64,000 nt of DNA from an uncultured beta proteobacterium (lineage in GTDB: Bacteria; Pseudomonadota; Gammaproteobacteria; Burkholderiales; Burkholderiaceae_C): positions 52,793-116,792 of the forward strand of contig CAVZFV010000010.1 in assembly GCA_963774675.1 (NCBI GenBank). Direction: 5' to 3'. Shown here in pieces: positions 48,154-64,000 of this stretch. Both the position numbers and the translations under genes were made by a program. Position 1 is the stretch's first letter, and each line of letters opens with the position of its first letter. Below the pieces are notes generated by a model. It had not been told where the DNA came from. It did no database searches and worked only from the letters and a program-made list of their open reading frames with translations.

Positions 48154-48941
48154 CTGACATTCTCGAGCGTATCGTCGTCGTCAAGCGCGAGGAAGTCGCC
48201 GTCGCGCGTCGGGAGCGTGACTTCACTTCCCTGCGGCGTGATGCGGAGGCGCTCGGCGGGGTACGAGATTTCGTTGGCGCGCTGCGCTCGAAGATCGCTG
48301 CCGGAAGTGCTGCCGTGATCGCCGAACTCAAGAAGGCGAGCCCGAGCAAGGGCGTGCTGCGCCAGCACTTCGTGCCGGCCGAAATCGCGGCGAGTTACCA
48401 GGCGGGCGGCGCGGCGTGCCTGAGCGTGCTGACCGACGTCGAGTTCTTTCAGGGGTCCGCAGCCTACCTGGCGCAGGCACGCGCCGCTTGCGCGCTTCCG
48501 GTGCTGCGCAAGGATTTCATGGTCGATACCTACCAGGTCGCAGAAGCGCGTGCGATGGGGGCTGACGCGATCCTGCTGATCGCCGCTTGCCTGGATGACG
48601 CGCAGATGGCCGATCTAGAAGCGCAGGCACACGCGCTCGGCATGGCGGTGCTGGTGGAGACGCACGATGGCGCCGAACTCGATCGGGCGTTGAAGCTCAC
48701 GACGCCGCTCGTCGGCATCAATAATCGGAACTTGCGCAGCTTCGAGGTTTCGCTCGACACGACGCTCGAGCTGTTGCCGCGCTTGCCCACGGACAAGTTG
48801 CTCGTCACCGAGTCGGGCATTCTCGCGCGCGCGGACGTCGAGCGAATGCGCGGGGCGGGCGTCAACGCCTTCCTCGTTGGCGAAGCGTTCATGCGCGCCG
48901 ACGACCCCGGCGCGGCGCTGCGCGCTCTGTTCGACGCATGA
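48150..48941 (+). CDS. trpC: Indole-3-glycerol phosphate synthase
   Basis: [38 protein letters not shown] overlap with trpD. Confidence 0.95.
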   Translation: MTDILERIVVVKREEVAVARRERDFTSLRRDAEALGGVRDFVGALRSKIAAGSAAVIAELKKASPSKGVLRQHFVPAEIAASYQAGGAACLSVLTDVEFFQGSAAYLAQARAACALPVLRKDFMVDTYQVAEARAMGADAILLIAACLDDAQMADLEAQAHALGMAVLVETHDGAELDRALKLTTPLVGINNRNLRSFEVSLDTTLELLPRLPTDKLLVTESGILARADVERMRGAGVNAFLVGEAFMRADDPGAALRALFDA

Positions 48942-49603
48942 CGGCAGACGATCTGGCGGGCGCGTTCGACGCGCTGCCGCCGGCCTGGGCAGCGACATTG
49001 CCGGGATGGACTGCCGAGCGACGCGCCGACGTCATCGGACGCGTCCGCGCCGTGTCGGCGGATCGGCCGATCGCGCCGGCCGATCCGTTTCGCGCGCTGC
49101 GCCTCGTCGCGCCGCAGGATGTGCGCGCGGTCATCATCGGCCAGGACCCGTACCCGAAGCCGGGACAGGCCGACGGGCTTGCGTTCTCGGCCGGGACCGG
49201 CAGGCCGGCGTCACTGCGGCGCATCTTTCAGGTGCTCGCCGCCGACCGCCCCGGTTTTGCGCCGCCCGCGATCTGGAAACTTGACGCGTGGGCCCGCCAG
49301 GGGGTGCTGCTGTTGAACCCAACGTTGACGATCGAGATCGGCCGCATTGGCAGCCACATGGACTGTAGTTGGCAGGCGCTTACATCCGAAATTGTTCAGC
49401 AACTATCGCTGCGTGAGGAACCGCCTGTCTTCATGCTCTGGGGCGCCAAGGCGCAGGCATTCTTCGACACCGCGTGCGCACCGGGAGTCAAGGTGACGGC
49501 GCACCGGACGCGCCACCCGTCGAATGACATGCGCCGCGACTTCATGCGCGAGGGCAGTCAGTTTCTGCTGACGGCTCATCTGGTGGACTGGTGGGCGCTG
49601 TGA
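48938..49603 (+). CDS. Uracil-DNA glycosylase family protein (UNG-like variant)
   Basis: [20 protein letters not shown] (GQDPY water-activating loop), LLLNPTLT, and a RHPS C-terminal motif. ATGA overlap with trpC. Confidence 0.75.
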   Translation: MTADDLAGAFDALPPAWAATLPGWTAERRADVIGRVRAVSADRPIAPADPFRALRLVAPQDVRAVIIGQDPYPKPGQADGLAFSAGTGRPASLRRIFQVLAADRPGFAPPAIWKLDAWARQGVLLLNPTLTIEIGRIGSHMDCSWQALTSEIVQQLSLREEPPVFMLWGAKAQAFFDTACAPGVKVTAHRTRHPSNDMRRDFMREGSQFLLTAHLVDWWAL

Positions 49604-49709
49604 GTTCCGCGCTCTGAAGCGCCCGCCCCGACGCTGCTGCGGCTTGGGCCTAGCGGCAACCGCGTGACGGCAGCGGGGCACCGATGTGCTATTATCACCG
49701 GCTCTGCGT

Positions 49710-49795
49710 GGAGGGGTGCCCGAGTGGCTAAAGGGGGCAGACTGTAAATCTGTTGGCTTACGCCTACGCTGGTTCGAATCCAGCCTCCTCCACCA
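49710..49795 (+). tRNA. tRNA-Tyr (GUA)
   Basis: GGAGGGG acceptor stem, anticodon loop CTGTAAA, long variable arm, GGTTCGAATCC T-loop, encoded CCA. Confidence 0.9.
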
Positions 49796-49856
49796 AACCC
49801 GAGCTTGATTGATGCCACTCGACTCGTCAGGGAATGGTCGCGCAGGGGGTTCCCGG

Positions 49857-49930
49857 GCGGGAGTAGTTCAATGGTAGAACCCCAGCCTTCCAAGCTGATG
49901 ACGCGGGTTCGATTCCCGTCTCCCGCTCCA
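49857..49930 (+). tRNA. tRNA-Gly (UCC)
   Basis: GCGGGAG/CTCCCGC acceptor stem, anticodon loop CTTCCAA, GGTTCGATTCC T-loop, CCA. Confidence 0.9.
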
Positions 49931-50005
49931 GTGTTGGTGCCGTCCGCAAAGGCCTGGCGGTGGCGTTGTCGCCGCCAGGCCTGTGTCGACAGCATGTTGT
50001 TGAAT

Positions 50006-50080
<75 letters not shown>

Positions 50081-50167
50081 AAGTGCTGAAAGCGAGCAGT
50101 AGAGAGTCGAGTTGGAAGGGCGTGCATGAAGAGCCCGCCATCGTGTTGAACTTCGGAGTTTTTTGAA

Positions 50168-51358
<1,191 letters not shown>

Positions 51359-51460
51359 GTTTTTACGTGACGCTCTTGCGTCGCGAATGTGCGGCCGTGA
51401 ACCTTTGCGGCCGCGGATCAACCAACCCGACAACGCAAGCAGGATTTCTCGACAGACCAC

Positions 51461-51536
51461 AGGGGCGTAGCTCAATTGGCAGAGCGCTGGTCTCCAAAAC
51501 CAGAGGTTGGGGGTTCGATGCCCTCCGCCCCTGCCA
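51461..51536 (+). tRNA. tRNA-Trp (CCA)
   Basis: AGGGGCG/CGCCCCT acceptor stem, anticodon loop CTCCAAA, GGTTCGATGCC T-loop, CCA. Confidence 0.9.
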
Positions 51537-51636
51537 CCCAAGGGTGTGATGGTCTGGTTTGCTGCCGGCGGTGACAGCGGCGGGAATCGAGGGCGACGGC
51601 CAAGGCCGCACGCGACTGCAAGTTGAAGTGAGACAG

Positions 51637-52023
51637 ATGGCGAACGCTCCACAAGTTCAAACTATCTCCACCGGCGCCGACAAGGCCAAGCTGGCGGCTG
51701 CCGGCGTGCTCGTCGTCGCGGCGGTGGGGGCCTTCTATGCGCTTGCCAGCCAGGACCTGTGGCTGCGCGTCGTCACCTTGCTTGCCCTACTGGCGCTTGC
51801 GGTTGCCGTGTTCTTCACGTCCGAGAACGGCAAGGCGCTGATCGCCTTCGGCCGGGACGCGGTGCGCGAGATCCGCAAGGTCGTCTGGCCGACGCGCAAG
51901 GAAGCGATGCAGATGACGGGCTATGTGTTCGCGTTCGTCTTCTTCATGGCGCTCTTCCTGTGGCTGACCGACAAGACGCTGGAGTGGGTGCTGTATGACC
52001 TGGTGCTGGGCTGGAAGCACTGA
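51637..52023 (+). CDS. secE: Preprotein translocase subunit SecE
   Basis: Position between tRNA-Trp and nusG. C-terminal REIRKVVWPTRKEAMQMTGYVFAFVFFMALFLW is the conserved SecE TM3 region. Confidence 0.9.
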   Translation: MANAPQVQTISTGADKAKLAAAGVLVVAAVGAFYALASQDLWLRVVTLLALLALAVAVFFTSENGKALIAFGRDAVREIRKVVWPTRKEAMQMTGYVFAFVFFMALFLWLTDKTLEWVLYDLVLGWKH

Positions 52024-52029
52024 CCGAGG

Positions 52030-52644
52030 ATGGGAGCCATGACTGAAGACATCGCAAGCGACACGACACCGGCTGTCGAAGCCGCGCCTCCCGAGGCAAC
52101 CGCGCCCGTTTCGACCAAGCGCTGGTTCGTCGTGCATGCCTACTCTGGCATGGAAAAGACGGTCGAGCGCAATCTGCGCGAGCGCATCGATCGCTCGGAG
52201 ATCGGGCACAAGTTCGGCCGGATCCTGGTGCCGATGGAAGAAGTGGTCGAGCTCAAGAACGGCAAGAAGTCGGTCTCGGAGCGGCGCTTCTTTCCGGGCT
52301 ACGTGCTCGTCGAGATGGACATGGACGATGACAGCTGGCACCTGGTGAAGCACACCGCCAAGGTCACCGGTTTCGTCGGCGGCATCAAGACCCGGCCGTC
52401 GCCGATCTCCGAGGCCGAGGTACAAAAGATCGTGCACCAGATGCAAGAAGGCGTGGAGAAGCCGCGCCCGAAGGTCGAATGGGTGGTCGGCGAACTGGTG
52501 CGCGTCAAGGACGGCCCGTTCACCGATTTCAACGGCGCGATCGAGGATGTGAACTACGACAAATCCAAGGTTCGCGTGTCGGTCACGATCTTCGGTCGGG
52601 CGACGCCCGTCGAACTCGACTTCGCGCAGGTCGAAAAAATCTAG
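52030..52644 (+). CDS. nusG: Transcription termination/antitermination factor NusG
   Basis: [16 protein letters not shown] (NGN domain) and a C-terminal KOW ([21 protein letters not shown]). Confidence 0.95.
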   Translation: MGAMTEDIASDTTPAVEAAPPEATAPVSTKRWFVVHAYSGMEKTVERNLRERIDRSEIGHKFGRILVPMEEVVELKNGKKSVSERRFFPGYVLVEMDMDDDSWHLVKHTAKVTGFVGGIKTRPSPISEAEVQKIVHQMQEGVEKPRPKVEWVVGELVRVKDGPFTDFNGAIEDVNYDKSKVRVSVTIFGRATPVELDFAQVEKI

Positions 52645-52807
52645 GGTCCGGTGGGAGGCCTGCGGCGGCTTTGCGGCCACCGCCCATCCCGCCCGTTGCT
52701 GCCGATGACGAGACATCGGCACGAGGAGCAAAGGTAACCAGCCCTTTGCGTTTGTACTCAAAGGCCCATCGCGCAATCGGTTCAGGGCCCGATTTTGGAG
52801 AGCCAAC

Positions 52808-53239
52808 ATGGCCAAGAAGATAGTCGGCTTCATCAAGCTGCAAGTTCCGGCGGGTAAAGCCAACCCGTCGCCCCCGATCGGTCCGGCGCTCGGTCAGCGC
52901 GGGCTGAACATCATGGAGTTCTGCAAGGCGTTCAACGCCCAGACGCAGAGCATGGAGCCGGGCCTTGTGCTGCCGGTCGTGATCACCGCGTTCGCCGACA
53001 AGTCCTTCACCTTCGTGCTGAAGAGCCCGCCGGCGGCGGTGCTGATCAAGAAGACGCTCAAGCTCGACAAGGGCTCTGCGAAGCCGCACCTCGACAAGGT
53101 CGGCAAGCTCACGCGCGCACAGGCCGAGGACATCGCCAAGACCAAGATCAAGGACCTGACCGGCGCCGACCTCGACGCCGCGGTTCGCACGATTGCCGGC
53201 ACCGCCCGCTCGATGGGCATCACGGTGGAAGGAGTCTGA
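52808..53239 (+). CDS. rplK: 50S ribosomal protein L11
   Basis: [43 protein letters not shown]. Confidence 0.98.
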   Translation: MAKKIVGFIKLQVPAGKANPSPPIGPALGQRGLNIMEFCKAFNAQTQSMEPGLVLPVVITAFADKSFTFVLKSPPAAVLIKKTLKLDKGSAKPHLDKVGKLTRAQAEDIAKTKIKDLTGADLDAAVRTIAGTARSMGITVEGV

Positions 53240-53241
53240 GC

Positions 53242-53952
53242 ATGGCCAAGCTGACCAAACGCCAGAAGACCTACGAAGGCAAGGTCGAGAGCACCAAGCT
53301 CTATGCGCTCGACGACGCGCTCGACCTCGTGAAAGCCTGCGCGACTGCGAAGTTCGACGAGTCGATCGACGTCTCCGTGCAACTCGGCATCGACGCCAAG
53401 AAGTCCGACCAGGTCGTTCGCGGCGCGGTCGTGATGCCCAACGGCACCGGCAAGACCAAGCGCGTGGCCGTCTTTGCGCAAGGCGCGAAGGCTGAAGAGG
53501 CGAAGGCCGCCGGCGCCGATATCGTCGGCATGGAAGACTTGGCTGAGCAGATCAAGGCCGGCGTCATGAATTTCGACGTCGTGATTGCTTCGCCGGACAC
53601 GATGCGCATCGTCGGTACGCTGGGCCAGATCCTGGGCCCGCGCGGCCTGATGCCGAATCCGAAGGTCGGCACCGTGACGCCGGACGTCGCACAGGCGGTC
53701 AGGAACGCCAAGGCTGGCCAGGTGCAGTTTCGCGTCGACAAGGCGGGCATCGTGCACGCGACGATCGGTCGCCGCTCGTTCGAGTCCGACAAGCTTGTCG
53801 GCAACGTGCGCGCGCTGATCGAGGCGCTGAACAAGTCCAAGCCGGCCACGAGCAAGGGCGTCTACCTGCGCAAGGTGGCGCTGTCCTCGACGATGGGTGT
53901 CGGTGTGCGCGTGGATGCGGCGTCGATCAACGCCGCGCCGGTGCAGGCCTGA
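53242..53952 (+). CDS. rplA: 50S ribosomal protein L1
   Basis: MAKLTKRQK...[34 protein letters not shown]. Confidence 0.98.
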   Translation: MAKLTKRQKTYEGKVESTKLYALDDALDLVKACATAKFDESIDVSVQLGIDAKKSDQVVRGAVVMPNGTGKTKRVAVFAQGAKAEEAKAAGADIVGMEDLAEQIKAGVMNFDVVIASPDTMRIVGTLGQILGPRGLMPNPKVGTVTPDVAQAVRNAKAGQVQFRVDKAGIVHATIGRRSFESDKLVGNVRALIEALNKSKPATSKGVYLRKVALSSTMGVGVRVDAASINAAPVQA

Positions 53953-54247
53953 AGTGATTGATAGGTCCGGGCCGCAATGCGCAAAGTCGCGCGGCCGGGG
54001 CCGGATGAGAGTTGGTGGGTCGCGGTGGCAGGAAAGGGCTGCCGCGGGTCATCGAAGACCGCTGGTGTGACCTTCGAGGTCGCTCAATGGATGGCAAGGC
54101 TCTCTCAGGAGAGCGGCGCCTGAAGCCAGCGCAGATGGCGGTCCCGCCGGGAAGAAGGATTTGTTCCCTTGTCGGCAAGGTCGCTGAAACCCGTAGTGTT
54201 CGACGGTTCGCAAGAACCCGAGGGCACATTTTAGTGAGGAGCAGACC
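53953..54247 (+). promoter_or_regulatory. Long untranslated leader of rplJL (candidate L10 autoregulatory leader)
   Basis: A 295-nt non-coding gap directly upstream of rplJ. The position corresponds to the L10(L12)4-binding leader known in E. coli and relatives. Structure not verified. Confidence 0.4.
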
Positions 54248-54778
54248 TTGAGTCTCAACAAGAGCGAGAAACAGGTCGTGGTGACGGATGTGGCAGCGCA
54301 GGCAGCGCGGTCGCAGACCTTGGCGTTGGCCGAGTACCGTGGTCTCACCGTGGCTCACCTGGATGTGTTGCGCCGGCAGGCGCGCGAAAAGGGCGTGTAC
54401 CTTCATGTATTGAAGAACTCGCTCGCCCGTCGCGCAGTGGCCGGTACGCCGTTCGAGTGTGCTGCGGAGAGCATGGTCGGTCCGCTGATCTACGGCTTTT
54501 CCGAAGACGCTGTCGCCGCGGCCAAAGTCATTGCCGACTTTGCCAAAGGCAACGACAAGCTGATCGTCACCGCAGGCGCTTACGCCGGCAAAAAGCTCGA
54601 CGCCAATGGCGTCAAGGCGCTGGCGGCTATTCCTTCCAAGGAAGTGCTGCTGTCGCAGTTGCTCGGCCTGATGAAGTCGCCCATCTCCCGCCTCGCGGGC
54701 GTGCTGGCGGCGCTGGCCGAAAAGCGCGGCGAAGGCACGGCTGCGGCCGAGCCGGCAGTAGCCGAAGCGGCAGCCTGA
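54248..54778 (+). CDS. rplJ: 50S ribosomal protein L10
   Basis: TTG start preceded by [46 protein letters not shown]. Confidence 0.95.
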   Translation: MSLNKSEKQVVVTDVAAQAARSQTLALAEYRGLTVAHLDVLRRQAREKGVYLHVLKNSLARRAVAGTPFECAAESMVGPLIYGFSEDAVAAAKVIADFAKGNDKLIVTAGAYAGKKLDANGVKALAAIPSKEVLLSQLLGLMKSPISRLAGVLAALAEKRGEGTAAAEPAVAEAAA

Positions 54779-54829
54779 ACCGACACGACGAAATCCAATC
54801 CATTCTTACCAAAAATCTAGGAGCCTGAC

Positions 54830-55207
54830 ATGGCATTCGACAAAGACGCATTCCTGCAATCCCTGGACAGCATGTCCGTGATGGACCTGAACGACCTCGT
54901 GAAGGCGATCGAAGAGAAGTTCGGCGTGTCCGCCGCTTCGATGGCCGCACCGGCCGCCGGCGGCGGTGGCGCGGCGGCAGCTGTGGTCGAAGAGCAGACC
55001 GAATTCAACGTGATGCTGCTCGAGGTCGGCGCCAATAAGGTGTCCGTCATCAAGGTCGTGCGCGAACTGACGGGCCTCGGTCTGAAGGAAGCCAAGGACC
55101 TCGTGGACGGCGCGCCCAAGGCCGTGAAGGAGGCTGTCTCCAAGGCCGACGCCGAAGCGGCGAAGAAGAAGCTCGAAGAAGCCGGCGCCAAGGCCGAGCT
55201 GAAGTAA
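54830..55207 (+). CDS. rplL: 50S ribosomal protein L7/L12
   Basis: Ala-rich hinge and C-terminal [23 protein letters not shown]. Confidence 0.98.
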   Translation: MAFDKDAFLQSLDSMSVMDLNDLVKAIEEKFGVSAASMAAPAAGGGGAAAAVVEEQTEFNVMLLEVGANKVSVIKVVRELTGLGLKEAKDLVDGAPKAVKEAVSKADAEAAKKKLEEAGAKAELK

Positions 55208-55216
55208 GCGCATGAG

Positions 55217-55246
55217 CGGGGTGGCGGCGCAACGCGCCACCACCCC
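55217..55246 (+). terminator. Imperfect GC-rich hairpin between rplL and rpoB (candidate attenuator)
   Basis: GGGGTGGCG...CGCCAC(CA)CCCC followed by TT. It sits where a partial terminator is known in the enterobacterial rplJL-rpoBC operon. Confidence 0.35.
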
Positions 55247-55486
55247 TTGCGTCGGTTGCGAGTACAGCGCAAAGCCGAACCCAGGTTCAGGCTTTGCAGT
55301 GTTCTCTGATCCGACTGCAGAGAGCGGGTTTGGTCGGGCTCCGGTGCAACGCCGGGGTTGTCCGCCAGCGGCAGGTAGTGGCCTGCCACCAAGCCTCAGA
55401 CGCAAGTTCTGAGAAAAGCCAGTCGCCGACGGAATCGTTCCGCCCTGCCCGGGCGGGGCTTCCCGACACGGAGTGTGAAACCACCT

Positions 55487-59611
<4,125 letters not shown>

Positions 59612-59750
59612 TGACCCACCCTCGTAGCGGCTTCGCCGCTCCCCCTCCAGGTGGCGACGCCTGCGGTCCGGCCCAGCCGGTTCCGCGGCGCCTGCGTGAT
59701 CGATTCAGTTCGGCTGCCCATTTTTCGTTTTCAGGATCAAGGAGAAACCC

Positions 59751-63986
<4,236 letters not shown>

Positions 63987-64000
63987 TCGCGCGCGCTCGC

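Overview
High-GC chromosomal segment, probably a betaproteobacterium of the Burkholderiales type. That assignment is inferred from protein sequences and gene order; no search was run.

Gene content, in order:
- 1-37.6 kb, housekeeping and signalling genes: kup 3' end, a PEP-CTERM protein, a Rep-like helicase, a PAS-GGDEF-EAL protein, two small toxin-antitoxin modules, gdhA, a LytS-type kinase / small membrane protein / LytTR regulator operon, adhC, a fused indolepyruvate ferredoxin oxidoreductase with a divergent Lrp regulator, a diguanylate cyclase, mltA, apaG, rpe, gph, trpE and an SNF2/SWIM helicase.
- 37.6-45.4 kb, the only clearly accessory region: a 7.4-kb integrase-bearing island bounded by 197-bp direct repeats (192/197 identical). 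Both repeats contain the first six codons of trpG.
- 45.4-64 kb, core genes: a translationally coupled trpG-ltaE-trpD-trpC-udg block, then tRNA-Tyr/Gly/Thr, tuf, tRNA-Trp, secE, nusG, rplKAJL and rpoBC.

Island cargo:
- Two large convergent orphan ORFs (372 and 360 aa). They are the only intact cargo, and I could assign neither to a family. This is the best candidate for an undescribed system, but no function can be read from the sequence.
- A P4-type integrase and a 5'-truncated second recombinase.
- A decayed defence-like trio: a WYL + Cys/His protein, a frameshifted DUF45 peptidase and an IS5-split DUF262 protein.

Caveat: several conserved genes carry single-base frame disruptions. adhC has three, rpe one, mltA has its signal peptide out of frame, and DUF45 one. 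The IS transposase frames are also offset at a homopolymer run. Assembly indel errors are therefore a serious alternative to true pseudogenes.

Many long ORFs in the track lie antisense to, or overlap, real genes. They are GC-driven shadow ORFs and are not reported as features.
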